Origin: a virus
Lineage: Duplodnaviria; Caudoviricetes
Reading direction: 5' to 3' (one strand)
IMG/VR virus record: IMGVR_UViG_3300032212_000108
Span: 1-32,495 of that record
DNA length: 32,495 bases
Below are positions 9,770 through 20,104 of the stretch, in pieces. The position numbers were made by a program, and so were the translations under genes. Below the pieces are notes generated by a model that searched no databases, was not told the origin of the DNA, and saw only the letters and a program-made list of their open reading frames with translations. Position 1 is the stretch's first letter. Each line of letters begins with the position of its first letter.

Positions 9770-10268
9770 TCCAATACCTCTTTTCAGCTTCAACTCTAGC
9801 ATTGATAGCGTCTTGCTTCTCTTTGAAGGAGCCTAGGCTAATCATTTTACCATTAACCTTTATCCTAGCTCTCCATTTCCCAGAATCCTTCCTGAAGACA
9901 ATACCGCTTTTCCCGCTTGTGTTGGTACTGTGCCGCTTCTGGTTCCACCCATTTTGGGCGTGTGTCACCTCTCTAAGGTTGCGCCACCTGTTGTCCAAGC
10001 TATCGCCGTTAATATGGTCTACTTCTAGCGGCTGCTTTCCTGTCATTATCACCCAAGCCAGCCTGTGGACATAAATATGACTCCCATCGAAATAAGTCCT
10101 AAGATAAGGCTTCTTGATGTGTTTAACCGTCTGCTCATGCCTATATCCGACATCATCGCCAACCTTTTTTGTGCTTCCTACTAATATCGTTCTTAGCGAA
10201 AGCTTCCCAGTATCTGGATCGTAATTATATTTCTCTCTAACTCTATCTACATCTATCAGCTTCTTCAT
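9756..10268 (-). CDS. Free-standing HNH homing endonuclease with C-terminal AP2 DNA-binding domain
   Basis: YDPDTG; HRLAW..VDHINGDSLDNRWRNLREVTHAQN (HNH_3); NTSGKSGI..KWRARI..SLGSF..A..AR (AP2). Confidence 0.92.
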   Translation of the reverse strand: MKKLIDVDRVREKYNYDPDTGKLSLRTILVGSTKKVGDDVGYRHEQTVKHIKKPYLRTYFDGSHIYVHRLAWVIMTGKQPLEVDHINGDSLDNRWRNLREVTHAQNGWNQKRHSTNTSGKSGIVFRKDSGKWRARIKVNGKMISLGSFKEKQDAINARVEAEKRYWNEMD

Positions 10269-10323
10269 AATTCCCTCCAAGTAGTAAAGCTAGTATTTTG
10301 CTACTCAGAGGGATTATGGTCAA
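10267..10323 (-). promoter_or_regulatory. Promoter (TTGACC-17-CAAAAT) embedded in a hairpin that sequesters the HNH gene RBS
   Basis: Minus strand: ATAATCCCTC-TG-AGTAG...CTACT-TG-GAGGGAATTAT(G) forms an inverted repeat. Confidence 0.65.
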
Positions 10324-10333
10324 CTATATAGCG

Positions 10334-11605
10334 CTATGCTATTCCATATCCATGGCCGCCCATGAAGGGGTTCATGCAGCCAAAGGCCGGATGCAAATCG
10401 AAACGAACAGTCTGCTTGTTAGCAGCGCCGTCCGAGAACTTCGAGATACGCATCTGAAGGCCATCAGCAGTAGTAGCGATGGTGTCAGTTGAGTGCAGCT
10501 TTCTAATTGGCACTGACGCAATAGTAAGCGCGTCTGGGTGCCAGAAAAGGTTAGGCTGGAACGTAGTCGCATCTGTACCCATGAATGTTACAACGTCATT
10601 CTCTGCAATCGCTGAGTCAACTGTATTGTAAGCGCCAGTTGCTTCATAGATTGCTGGGCCAGTCACGATGATAGTACCAGTACCGGAAGTGAAGGTAGCA
10701 TCAGCAGTCACTGTACCCATGTAAACAATACTGGCACCAGTTGCATCGACAATCGGCTGACGAGTAGACAGGTTCAGACGGTTACGACCTGCAATCTTCA
10801 CCACTGTACCAGCAGGGATTGTGCCGGTAAAAGTACCAATGCCATCAACCTCAATGGATTGTGTCATGGTGTCTTTTGCAGTCGCGTAGGTGTCATCAAC
10901 AGCTGTAGCAGTCACAGCGCCAACCAAGTCGCCAGTAGTTGGCAATGTGTAAGTTGGCAGAGTTGTGGCGGTCTTAACGTCAAAACCGGCAAAGTTCTTA
11001 TTGATGGTGGCTGACTCATTAGCATTACCAGCTTCAGGGTTAACACCCAAAGAGCGCTGCTCTGTCGCCAAAGCTACTTGGCTATGTGGGTTCAGGAAGT
11101 AATACCATTTCTTGTTCATTGGCACACCTGAAGACTGCATCAAAGCGCCTGCACCAGCTACTTCAGCCCATGTGTTAACGCCCTGGTCTGGATCACCGTA
11201 GTTCAAGCCCAAGTTCTTCATTGCAAAGTCTGCAAACTTAAGCTCAAGATCAATAACAACACGATTGGCAATGTCGTCAAAGAAACGATCAGCATCAGAA
11301 CCCATTTTCAAGGCTTCATCAACTTCATTATAGTCAACCGCTACAGTGATGTAGTTCTGGACTGTTGCAGTTGCTTTACCTGTGATGATGTCGCTTCGAG
11401 TGGTTGAAATATCGCCATCTGCTGAAGAAATAACGGTGTGGTCTGTTGGTCGTTTTACATCGACCTGAGTGCCTGAATCGGGGTTAAATGCGCCCTGAAC
11501 CAGCTGAGTATTTACGTTTTTAGAAAGTACGCGATTTGCTTCAAAACGATCTGTTACCTTCATTGCAACCTTTCGCGTAAAGTTGCTTTCAAAAGTGTTA
11601 GCCAT
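10334..11605 (-). CDS. Major capsid protein (P22 gp5 coat family)
   Basis: 423 aa; MAN..; PNLFWHPDA..L and VRFDLHPAFGCMNPFMG C-terminus typical of P22-like coat proteins. Confidence 0.9.
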   Translation of the reverse strand: MANTFESNFTRKVAMKVTDRFEANRVLSKNVNTQLVQGAFNPDSGTQVDVKRPTDHTVISSADGDISTTRSDIITGKATATVQNYITVAVDYNEVDEALKMGSDADRFFDDIANRVVIDLELKFADFAMKNLGLNYGDPDQGVNTWAEVAGAGALMQSSGVPMNKKWYYFLNPHSQVALATEQRSLGVNPEAGNANESATINKNFAGFDVKTATTLPTYTLPTTGDLVGAVTATAVDDTYATAKDTMTQSIEVDGIGTFTGTIPAGTVVKIAGRNRLNLSTRQPIVDATGASIVYMGTVTADATFTSGTGTIIVTGPAIYEATGAYNTVDSAIAENDVVTFMGTDATTFQPNLFWHPDALTIASVPIRKLHSTDTIATTADGLQMRISKFSDGAANKQTVRFDLHPAFGCMNPFMGGHGYGIA

Positions 11606-11622
11606 GAGTGGACTCCTATTAT

Positions 11623-12411
11623 CTATTCATAAGTAGCTCCGGCTGGGCCTTCGTCATAAACCGGCGCACCTGCACCATTCAGGACTTCGACCGGCTCCGG
11701 GGCTGTCGTTTGCTTCTTAACGCCTAGCTGTGCCGCCTTGCCCTTGACAGATGACTCAATGTAAACAGCTGCCTGCATTGGGCTCATCTGGCGTATCGCG
11801 TCCAATTCCATCGGGCTGGTTGACAGGTACTTAGTAATTAATGGCCCTTGGTCGTGATCCAGTACAAAACTGGCTACTTGGTCATCAATTCCATAATTAG
11901 CAACCTGTTGACCTGCTACCCGCAAATCATCAGAGCTTACACCTAGCGCCGTAGCCCTTTCGGTATACGTTTGCATACGCTTGTTCAAGAGCTGCTGTTC
12001 TTGCAATGCTTGCTGCTGCTGGGCTTGTTGGGCCTGTTGTTGCAGCATGTTCTGCTCTGCGTCGAACTTGACAGCCTTTGCCAGTGCCTCATCTCTCTGT
12101 CTTACCTTATCCGCAAAATCATCATCAAACGGATCTGGCAAGTCAGGGACATTTGGCCGCGACTCCTGGGGTTGTTCGGCTTTCAGCTTGGCCAGCTGCT
12201 CTTGCAGTTGTTCGGCCTCGCGTCTTGCCTCCCTTTCCTTGAACGCTTTTTCCTTTACTACGGATTCAAGCTGCGCAAGTTTGTCCTCTGGAGTCTCTAC
12301 CTTTTCTTCCGGGGTAGTTTCCGTCGTAGCAGCAGTTTCTACGGTTTCTGTTTCTTCGATAACAAAGTTTGCGGCCTCGTCAACTTCTACAGCTTCAATC
12401 TGCTCACTCAT
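11623..12411 (-). CDS. Scaffolding protein
   Basis: Acidic N-terminus, coiled coil and C-terminal TTAPEPV; lies between portal and coat. Confidence 0.8.
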   Translation of the reverse strand: MSEQIEAVEVDEAANFVIEETETVETAATTETTPEEKVETPEDKLAQLESVVKEKAFKEREARREAEQLQEQLAKLKAEQPQESRPNVPDLPDPFDDDFADKVRQRDEALAKAVKFDAEQNMLQQQAQQAQQQQALQEQQLLNKRMQTYTERATALGVSSDDLRVAGQQVANYGIDDQVASFVLDHDQGPLITKYLSTSPMELDAIRQMSPMQAAVYIESSVKGKAAQLGVKKQTTAPEPVEVLNGAGAPVYDEGPAGATYE

Positions 12412-12517
12412 AGTTAATCCTCTTCAGGTAAATTCAGCGCGATTCAGTCGCGTACTGTTTATACAATTTTAGCACTTTATACGGTAATAACAACTATTCT
12501 CACTACAAGAACGATTC

Positions 12518-14716
12518 TTATTCAATACCGCGGTCAATAGTTTGTTGATTCTCTACAATCTGCTCCGCCTGTCCAGCGTATGCCTGTACGTTGTTTGGGC
12601 CAATAACCTTATCAACTCCCATTGCCTCACGTAGTAGGTTGAGCGTCTCAGCCTGTGTCTTCTGCATAGAGATTGCCGTTTCATCGTTCCTCCGCTGCTG
12701 CTCTTGCATGGCTAGAATCAAATCTTGCTGCATTTTCTCAATGCTGAGCTGGAACTCTTGTTGTTTCTGGCTTGCACTTATACTGTCCTTTTGGCCTGTC
12801 TGCTGGAGCTTGGCCATCTCAATCTGCTGCTGCTGAGCTTTCAGTTGTGCATTGACCTGCATTTCCTGCTGTTTGTTCTGAGCGTTTAGCAGCTCTGCCT
12901 GACCCCTAACCTGTTCGGCCTGAGCTAGCACCATAGCCGGGTCTGGCTGCTGCTGTTGATTAGCCGCGGCCTGCTGCATGGCCTGCATTTCTTCGTCGGT
13001 CATCTGCTCTTGTGGGATAGCGCCAGCACTCAATAGCTGCATACGCTTACGCTCTGCCAGCTTGTCCATGCCTGGGGCTGTGATGTTGTTCAGCATGATG
13101 TCACCACCCAGCTGAATCACGCTTGGGTCAACCTGCGCAATCTCTGTCAGCGCCTTGACTGTTTCCTGCTGTCGATTCTGGAATGCAGGGCCAGCTGAAC
13201 ACGTTACATCATAAGTACCTACCGATAGATCATTTAATACTACAACATCGCCTGTTTGCTCATCTCTAACCGACTGATTGAGCGTGACCATATCGAATGA
13301 GCCGTCTTCGTTTAGTATTCTGACCTGTCTTTCGGCATCGTAAACTTTGGGGATTGCATCAACTAGTATCCTTGCAGTGTGCCGAATAGCGCATTCCTGA
13401 GCCTTGAAATACTTGATTGTGCCGGTGTCGCCTTTGTTTTGAAGCTTTTCAATTGCCACGCCAGACTGAAGTCCGGGGTTATCGCCCATATTTGCTGCAA
13501 ACATTGACGCAGACTGGCCAACCATTGACCGCATCGCCTCAGATATAGTTCTTAAGCCTGGATTAATCTGTGCCCCGCCTACCTGTGGTGGCGGGCCTGG
13601 AACCTCTGAATCATTAGTGTAGAACTGAACCGGGTCGGTGTTAGTGTTGAGCGTGGCCAAGGTGTCCTCGTAGCCTTCCCCTTGCTTCTCTGTCATCCAA
13701 TACTTTTGACGTGGGGCAAGCGCCCCTTCTTCAATCTCACGGCTGAGCGAATAATTCAGCACCCGTTGCTGGTCGATGATCTTCTCAACAGCGCCCCAAT
13801 AGATTGTTTTGCCTTCGTTAATCTTGAAGTTTGCATAGGTCGGAACGACTGGAATATAAGAAAACACTGTCTCTTTCTCGCCATCAATCCAGCCTTCACC
13901 GTCGAACTTACGGATATAAACCACGTTCTTTTTGCGCTTTCTGCGCCTCAACTCAGTCACACCAGCACGTTCAAGCTCGTCCTTAACTTTCTGGAATGAC
14001 TCGTTATCTTCATACACCGAATTATTAGACATCAACACTATTTCACGGTCTACTTCTTTAATGAAATAGAACTCGCCAACGACAACCGCTTCGGCCTTGT
14101 GAGAGTAAGCTTCCGCGCTAGCATCTTGCGTAATTGATAGCCCTGCTCGATCTGGCCATTTTTCATCAAACGCTTCTTTACTGATCGTCTGGAGGACAAA
14201 CGCATACCTTGAATCAGACTTATCGCGCTTTTCTGAGTTAACATCGAACCAAACACGGTCAACAAAGTTGTTGATCTTCTGAATAACTAGGTCTTGGTCG
14301 AATGAGTCATCATTTACATGCTCTTGAACAATGCGCCAACCATCAAGGCCGCCGGTTGTCATTGATCTACCGGCCTCATTAAACACTTCCTTGGCGTTGG
14401 AAATGTTCTCGATATTCCGAACTAGCCCGTCAAGCGTTTGCGCTACATCCTTAGTGGCTTCACCGCCTGAAGGTCTAATGGTTATATCAAAGTCGGCTTG
14501 CTCCATCTCCCCGGCTATTTGGTCAATAATCGGATTGGTCAGATCAAACGTGTACCTAGGCTTGTCGCTGTTCTGATTCCAGAACTGCGGCTCCCACTGG
14601 CCATCACGGGCATCTACGAATAAATGCGCCTCTCTGGCCTGCTCTCGCATGTCATGGTCAGCATCTTGGGACGCCTTCAACATGTTTAAAACTTTACTAT
14701 GGTCTGAGTAATCCAT
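12518..14716 (-). CDS. Portal protein (P22 gp1-like)
   Basis: 732 aa; GQW..RYTFD, SGVAIEKLQ and YDVTCSAGPAFQNRQQETV motifs; Q-rich C-terminal barrel. Confidence 0.92.
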   Translation of the reverse strand: MDYSDHSKVLNMLKASQDADHDMREQAREAHLFVDARDGQWEPQFWNQNSDKPRYTFDLTNPIIDQIAGEMEQADFDITIRPSGGEATKDVAQTLDGLVRNIENISNAKEVFNEAGRSMTTGGLDGWRIVQEHVNDDSFDQDLVIQKINNFVDRVWFDVNSEKRDKSDSRYAFVLQTISKEAFDEKWPDRAGLSITQDASAEAYSHKAEAVVVGEFYFIKEVDREIVLMSNNSVYEDNESFQKVKDELERAGVTELRRRKRKKNVVYIRKFDGEGWIDGEKETVFSYIPVVPTYANFKINEGKTIYWGAVEKIIDQQRVLNYSLSREIEEGALAPRQKYWMTEKQGEGYEDTLATLNTNTDPVQFYTNDSEVPGPPPQVGGAQINPGLRTISEAMRSMVGQSASMFAANMGDNPGLQSGVAIEKLQNKGDTGTIKYFKAQECAIRHTARILVDAIPKVYDAERQVRILNEDGSFDMVTLNQSVRDEQTGDVVVLNDLSVGTYDVTCSAGPAFQNRQQETVKALTEIAQVDPSVIQLGGDIMLNNITAPGMDKLAERKRMQLLSAGAIPQEQMTDEEMQAMQQAAANQQQQPDPAMVLAQAEQVRGQAELLNAQNKQQEMQVNAQLKAQQQQIEMAKLQQTGQKDSISASQKQQEFQLSIEKMQQDLILAMQEQQRRNDETAISMQKTQAETLNLLREAMGVDKVIGPNNVQAYAGQAEQIVENQQTIDRGIE

Positions 14717-16159
14717 TTAACCGCCCCATCCAGCGAATTTAATTGTCTTTTTCTTTGCGCCAATCTTGCCAGCCTGAACCGCAAAACGCCGCATCATGAA
14801 GGCGTACCGGATAGCATCAAGCAAATCATCGCGCACCTTTACTATCTTGCCTTTTTCGTCACGGTGGTACTGTCTAACCTCTTCGAATACTTCATGCAGG
14901 CCTTTGAATATCTTAAACTTACCTTTGCGCATCAGATCGTTAATTGAGTACAGCCCGCTTTCCACGCTATTGCCGCCCTCTGGCCATGTCGCGTGAGCTG
15001 ATAGCATATTAAAGCCCGCCGATTCATAGTGTACTTTCTGCTGAACCGCATCATCACGACCTTTCTCATTCTGAAGCCCGTCATGCGGCCAAGCAGTGGG
15101 AACACCGTTTGCCCAAGACTTCACCGCGCCCCACGCATCGTTTGCACTTAAGCGTGACTGCTTAAACCCGTTAACAACATAGAATGCCTCGTTATCCCTG
15201 TCTTCAACCAGCCTGATATGTGCCTGTGGATGGTCCCACCCAAAATCCATTCCGTCGATAACATACCAGTGTTGAGGAATCTCGAATGGATCGCACGTTA
15301 TAAACTCATCACTCAAATCATAAATACGCCCGTGCCCAAGCATAGGAACGCCTTTAGACCTCATGTCCCGCTGGTATTCTGGGTATTGCTCCAGCAGCCT
15401 TTCACGCTTCTCTTTTGTCATGTGAGGAGCGTCTATCCAGCCCTTCATCATAAAAAACTGGCTTGAACTTGGGCTATCCATGAACTGAATAACTAGGTCT
15501 GTCCTGCCATTCTCGGGGGTGAACGTGTAAATACCACGACCGCCACGACCTTTATCACCGTTGATTGTCCGCGTTAGCACTTGAGGCCGGATCGTCTGGT
15601 CTTTTGGTTCTTCATCAATATGGAACCAGTCAACAACATCACCCATGATCGCATGTTGCCCCTGGGTATACGACCAGAACTGTACTTTAGACGTGCCTTT
15701 CTTGTGCTTAACTGTCACTGAGCGCATAGCGTTAACCGTGCCGCCTGCTGATTCCCAGCTGAGTATTCTATCCTTTGGTATTAATCCCCCGGTGAATTTG
15801 CCGCTTTCATACGTGCCGAATAGGGCTGTTTGCAGCAAGTCTCTGGCCTTTTCCATTGAATACCCAAGGCACCAAACCAGGGGCGGAAAGTCAAACTTGT
15901 GGCCTTCCCATTCTTCAGGATAATCACCAAGCAAGTGAATGGCGTCGATATCCGTGCCGGTGTAAGTCTTGCCTATCTGATTAGCCGCACATAAGCAGCA
16001 TTCAAAGTAGTCAGCCGTGGCCTTTACAAAGTCACGCTGCCAATCGTAAAACGAATCAAACACCGCTAAGTGCTTTGTGCTCTTGGCCCTCTCTACCTGC
16101 TCTGACAGCAAGTGAATGGCTTCGATCTTGGCCTCTCTGCTAAGACTTGCCAGTTGCAT
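14717..16159 (-). CDS. Terminase large subunit (P22 gp2-like)
   Basis: Walker A AANQIGKT; Walker B WFHIDEEP; YTFTPENG; nuclease motifs GMDFGWDHP and DDLLDAIRYA. Confidence 0.95.
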   Translation of the reverse strand: MQLASLSREAKIEAIHLLSEQVERAKSTKHLAVFDSFYDWQRDFVKATADYFECCLCAANQIGKTYTGTDIDAIHLLGDYPEEWEGHKFDFPPLVWCLGYSMEKARDLLQTALFGTYESGKFTGGLIPKDRILSWESAGGTVNAMRSVTVKHKKGTSKVQFWSYTQGQHAIMGDVVDWFHIDEEPKDQTIRPQVLTRTINGDKGRGGRGIYTFTPENGRTDLVIQFMDSPSSSQFFMMKGWIDAPHMTKEKRERLLEQYPEYQRDMRSKGVPMLGHGRIYDLSDEFITCDPFEIPQHWYVIDGMDFGWDHPQAHIRLVEDRDNEAFYVVNGFKQSRLSANDAWGAVKSWANGVPTAWPHDGLQNEKGRDDAVQQKVHYESAGFNMLSAHATWPEGGNSVESGLYSINDLMRKGKFKIFKGLHEVFEEVRQYHRDEKGKIVKVRDDLLDAIRYAFMMRRFAVQAGKIGAKKKTIKFAGWGG

Positions 16160-16463
16160 CTAGTAATTCTCTCAGCTTTGCACTTAGCTGTTCATCGGTT
16201 AAGTCGGTTAGCTCAACAGCGCCGCCGCCTTCCCCTGTTATCTCTGTTGCCTTTAGGTCTGGCAAATACTTGTTAATCAGCTTTAGTTTTATTTCAGCAG
16301 CCGCTTTAAGTCGTTGAACCTCAAGGGATTCTAGGCCATTGCCCAGCTCAGCTATTTTTTTAGCGTATTCAACAACATGGTCAAGGTGTTTACCATTGGA
16401 TAAGCGAACCCTTAATTCTTCCTGTCTTACTGCTCTAATTCGCTGTGCCTGAGTCTTTGCCAT
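16140..16463 (-). CDS. Terminase small subunit (probable)
   Basis: Overlaps the TerL start; KYLPDLKATEITGEGGG motif; start placed at MAKTQ. Confidence 0.7.
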   Translation of the reverse strand: MAKTQAQRIRAVRQEELRVRLSNGKHLDHVVEYAKKIAELGNGLESLEVQRLKAAAEIKLKLINKYLPDLKATEITGEGGGAVELTDLTDEQLSAKLRELLDATGKS

Positions 16464-16553
16464 GTTAAATACCCTCTCCATATCTCACGACATTGATCGG
16501 GCCACTACCACACTTTACGTGCGAGATAATAATCACCTCCGGCTGGTTGGTAA

Positions 16554-16895
16554 TCATGGGCATACCGCGCTAACTGTGAATGATGCACATTCGCCAATAT
16601 ATACATCGTCTGGGGTTGGTGTTGTGTTTGTGTATGTCAGATACACCTTCCACGTTCCTGCCTGGCTTAAGAAGCCGCTTTCTACCTCGTACTCGACGTA
16701 TTCATTAGCTGCTAAGACGCCAAGGTCTGGATCAGTGACTCCAGCGCCTATAGTAACTTCTCCGCCGGTCTTGGTCTTGCTGACTGTTGTTGTGTCCGGG
16801 AGCGTGAACGTCAATGTCAATTCTGTGTTGCTTGACATATCAAAGCCAGCAGCCACCCTAAACGTCTTGCCTGTTTCGCCTACTTTTAATGTCAT
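16554..16895 (-). CDS. Beta-rich hypothetical structural protein (Ig/BppU-like)
   Basis: Thr-rich beta strands and a YEV..FLSQAGTW motif. Confidence 0.5.
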   Translation of the reverse strand: MTLKVGETGKTFRVAAGFDMSSNTELTLTFTLPDTTTVSKTKTGGEVTIGAGVTDPDLGVLAANEYVEYEVESGFLSQAGTWKVYLTYTNTTPTPDDVYIGECASFTVSAVCP

Positions 16896-17242
16896 ATGTC
16901 TGAACTCACGCCTTTACTGTCCGTTATTGTGCCTGCCACGCCTAAGCCTCTTGACTGCATTATAGACGTTAATCCTATGCCTTGCTCAATTCCGCTGCTA
17001 ACGCTCTGTCCTGACGCTGTTATCGTGCTTAATACACCGATTCCGTGTGTTTCTATGATGGAAGTCAGGCTGTACGGCTTTCCGACCGCTACTACGGCCT
17101 CAGTAGCTAATATCCCACTGTATTGATGGGCTACTGTCTGCCTATCGCCTTGGTCAATCGTTCCATCTGGAACGACAAGCGTTAGCGCTATGAATCCAAA
17201 GCCTAGCGCGCTTGCCCTCTTGCTTGCTGAATCGATAGCCAT
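16892..17242 (-). CDS. Hypothetical virion-associated protein
   Basis: Translationally coupled within the operon. Confidence 0.55.
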   Translation of the reverse strand: MAIDSASKRASALGFGFIALTLVVPDGTIDQGDRQTVAHQYSGILATEAVVAVGKPYSLTSIIETHGIGVLSTITASGQSVSSGIEQGIGLTSIMQSRGLGVAGTITDSKGVSSDI

Positions 17243-18397
17243 TTATGGCCCTGTGCCCTGCTCGCCCTTGATAAACGTAGTACCGTCATCAGATACCATT
17301 GCTTTCTGATCTACCGTCGTTCCTGCATCATCATAAAGACTTGTGGTTGTCGCTGTTTGCTCTGTTTTGTTCCGCCATGCCTTGTACAGATAGTTTATCT
17401 TGGCCACTAGGCTAGTTGTAGCCGCTGGTGCGCCCTGCCCAGGCTCTGCATAGGTATCAACATTCAAAGCGTCGACCACTTCCGCATTAACTTCCGCCGG
17501 GCCTAATTCCAAATTACTAGCCACAGAACCCGTTACATTGCCATCGACGTTACCTGTAACGCTGGCCACAGACCCAGCCACATTACCACCTACATTGCCA
17601 GTCACCGACCCTACAGCCCCTGTCACGCTACCTACAGCGCCAGTAACAGAGCCAACCGAGCCAGATAAATTGCCTGTTACGTCAAATGTTTGACTTGCCG
17701 ACAATGAGTAGCCCGTCTTGTCTGAAACCGTTGACGCCGTATAGCCTGTTTTGTCATTGTTTGTGCCAACCGTGACTTGGCCTGTCGTTACTGTTATCGC
17801 TAAATCGCCAAAATTGGTTGGCGCTGACGTTGCAAGAAGCGCGGAATCAGTACCCCTCATATCAGTATTGGTTGTAGTGGTATCAACAAGGACAACGCCC
17901 TGCACTTTGTTTGTAGCTGGGTCGTAGCCTGCGTCAGCGAAGTCCTTGAGGTCGGTTACTGTCTGTGTGCCGCCTGCCATATGGGTTAAGTCAACCTCTG
18001 GCACTCCGGCAACTGTTGGCGTGGCTACTGCTGTTCCTAGCCATTGCGCTACATTTACGTCAAGGCTATCAGTGCCTAGCACTATTGCATCATAGACAAC
18101 CGCCGGGACAACCAAATATGACCGATGCACAGCCAATGCCCCGGAAACATGCACATCAACTTCCAAAATCCCTAGCGTGTCCGTGTCTGTCGCGTCCAGA
18201 ACAGCCGAATATCTACCACCAGCCACATGAGTAGCGCCGCCTGAGTTTTTGTTTGTCTCGGTCGTTGCGCCGCCTTTTGTCAGTTTGATATCTGTATTCG
18301 CTATCGTTAAACCAGTTTCGGCTGTATTGCCGTCCGTGGAATCAAGGAACGCGCCGAGCTTTATCTCTTGGCTAGCTGTGCTTTGTCTCAACCACAT
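17243..18397 (-). CDS. Putative fibre/decoration protein with GSV(T/G) repeats
   Basis: T/G/V/D-rich with a GSVGSVTGAVGSVTGAVGSVTGNVGGNVAGSVASVTGNV repeat tract. Confidence 0.6.
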   Translation of the reverse strand: MWLRQSTASQEIKLGAFLDSTDGNTAETGLTIANTDIKLTKGGATTETNKNSGGATHVAGGRYSAVLDATDTDTLGILEVDVHVSGALAVHRSYLVVPAVVYDAIVLGTDSLDVNVAQWLGTAVATPTVAGVPEVDLTHMAGGTQTVTDLKDFADAGYDPATNKVQGVVLVDTTTTNTDMRGTDSALLATSAPTNFGDLAITVTTGQVTVGTNNDKTGYTASTVSDKTGYSLSASQTFDVTGNLSGSVGSVTGAVGSVTGAVGSVTGNVGGNVAGSVASVTGNVDGNVTGSVASNLELGPAEVNAEVVDALNVDTYAEPGQGAPAATTSLVAKINYLYKAWRNKTEQTATTTSLYDDAGTTVDQKAMVSDDGTTFIKGEQGTGP

Positions 18398-19143
18398 TAC
18401 ATTATCCCTTGGTTTCTATAATGGTTTACGAATATTGGTATTGTAGCAGCCGGTGCCGCTGCCGTTGGTGGGAACTGGAGTATCTGTGCGATTGGCTGGT
18501 AGATTCTTGGGTGTGCAAATTTTGTTGCGCCTGATACCGTTAGATCATATCCACCAACAATGTCTATCTCTGGGCTGTTGTTGCCGATTATTGGCCAAAA
18601 CGCTACTAGTGATTGTGCTCGCACTGTCAGCGGCGACGCTCCTGCCGCTAGCGCTGCTACCTCTCCATCTGTCAGCGCCACATTCCAGATAGCCACATGC
18701 GAAACTCGTCCATTAGTGTATGCCGCTGGACTACTGCGCTCCAGCCTACCAACTGCCATTGCATCAATTCCACTCGGGTAGTCTTTGGACGTCGTATCAG
18801 TGCCCTTTGATCCGCCATCGATATACACCGAGCGGCTTGTCGTTGATTCAAAAACTGCACATACATGATGGTCAGTTCCTAATGAGTAGCCTGTTGATGT
18901 GTCAGCCTGTACCGGCGATCCTCCTGTGACATATGCCGCCCTGATCGGATCTCCAGCAACGTCACCTTTGGCGATAAGTGCTAAATAATTAGTATTCCCA
19001 GCCGTATCACCGAACGATACAAGATAGTGTTGCGCTGTAATATTGTCCAAGTTTGCAATACATGCGATTGTTAATGGCAACCCAGAAACCGGGACAGTTC
19101 CTCTCCGTAGATGATCCGTTGATCCGTTAAAATCACGAGCCAT
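18397..19143 (-). CDS. Concanavalin A-like lectin / LamG-domain protein
   Basis: HHVCAVF..SVYIDG..NGRVSHVAIWNVALTDGEV is a Laminin_G_3-type signature. Confidence 0.85.
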   Translation of the reverse strand: MARDFNGSTDHLRRGTVPVSGLPLTIACIANLDNITAQHYLVSFGDTAGNTNYLALIAKGDVAGDPIRAAYVTGGSPVQADTSTGYSLGTDHHVCAVFESTTSRSVYIDGGSKGTDTTSKDYPSGIDAMAVGRLERSSPAAYTNGRVSHVAIWNVALTDGEVAALAAGASPLTVRAQSLVAFWPIIGNNSPEIDIVGGYDLTVSGATKFAHPRIYQPIAQILQFPPTAAAPAATIPIFVNHYRNQGIM

Positions 19144-19643
19144 TACGTTTCACGAACCTCAACAAAAACCAACTCCATATCTCCAGTCATATTATCCGTC
19201 GACGTTGTGCCGTCTGCGTCGCGCGTGACCTTTAGCCGGAAATACTCGCCTGCTGCCACTGAGTCCATGTCTGCGCCATCGGTAAAAGTGATCGTTGCGT
19301 AATCAACCTCACCAGACACGCTTGCTGTTGTCGGGTTGGCATTGTTTGCCGCTGCATAGGCTTTTGTGTCTAAATCGTCTGCATCGTCTGAGATTGACTT
19401 GAACGCTACATCTAGCGAGATAGTGCCGGTAGTTGCTGTCGTTGCAGCCCATCCGACCGTGACCGTCACGCCTCCACCGCCGTAATGGCGAGGCATTAGT
19501 AGCCCGAACTCTGCTGTTTGATCTGTCGTGTCGTCAAAATCAAGAACTGGCACACTGTTTCGGGTGTCGAATTTCGCATAATTCGAGCTTGGCGGCTCGT
19601 TCATTAGCGCACTTACATAGCAAAGTGAATCGCCGCTAGCCAT
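19143..19643 (-). CDS. Hypothetical beta-sandwich virion protein
   Basis: Acidic, Thr-rich beta protein; coupled to the LamG gene. Confidence 0.55.
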   Translation of the reverse strand: MASGDSLCYVSALMNEPPSSNYAKFDTRNSVPVLDFDDTTDQTAEFGLLMPRHYGGGGVTVTVGWAATTATTGTISLDVAFKSISDDADDLDTKAYAAANNANPTTASVSGEVDYATITFTDGADMDSVAAGEYFRLKVTRDADGTTSTDNMTGDMELVFVEVRET

Positions 19644-20077
19644 TACAATTTACCCCTTACTGCTTTTTTTAACTGTGCCAATGTTCTTTGTGGGTAATCC
19701 GGTATTGCGCCGATAGCAGTTTTCAGGCTGGACAAATTATTGGCCGCGTCGACAGCGTCCAGAATAGCGTTTGTTTTGGCCGCCCTGGCATTTAGCTCGT
19801 CTACCAGCACCTCAGCAAACGCCCTCATTGATGATTGCGCTCTGTCGAACTCATCAGATACAGCATTTTTAAACGCATCTAGCTCTGTCTCGTCTACCGA
19901 GTCACGCTCTGGTTGACTCATTAATGACACAGCATCACCAGTAATTATCCAGTATTTTGATTCAAACCCTGCTACTGCTGACATGTCGGGATTAATAATC
20001 CAGTCTGCTGTAGGAAAATCAGGGGTATTAGCGCTGGCTTGGTATTGCTTTGTCGTTCGATTTAAAACAGCCGCCAT
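19643..20077 (-). CDS. Hypothetical protein (first gene of the late operon)
   Basis: AGGTG RBS; coupled to the downstream gene. Confidence 0.6.
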   Translation of the reverse strand: MAAVLNRTTKQYQASANTPDFPTADWIINPDMSAVAGFESKYWIITGDAVSLMSQPERDSVDETELDAFKNAVSDEFDRAQSSMRAFAEVLVDELNARAAKTNAILDAVDAANNLSSLKTAIGAIPDYPQRTLAQLKKAVRGKL

Positions 20078-20104
20078 AAATCACCTAAATTATTGATTCA
20101 TCCG

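Noticed and set aside
9756-10333. Group I intron around the HNH gene
   Set aside because: The coat gene ends intact with a normal C-terminus and the flanks are too short for intron core structure, so the endonuclease is free-standing.
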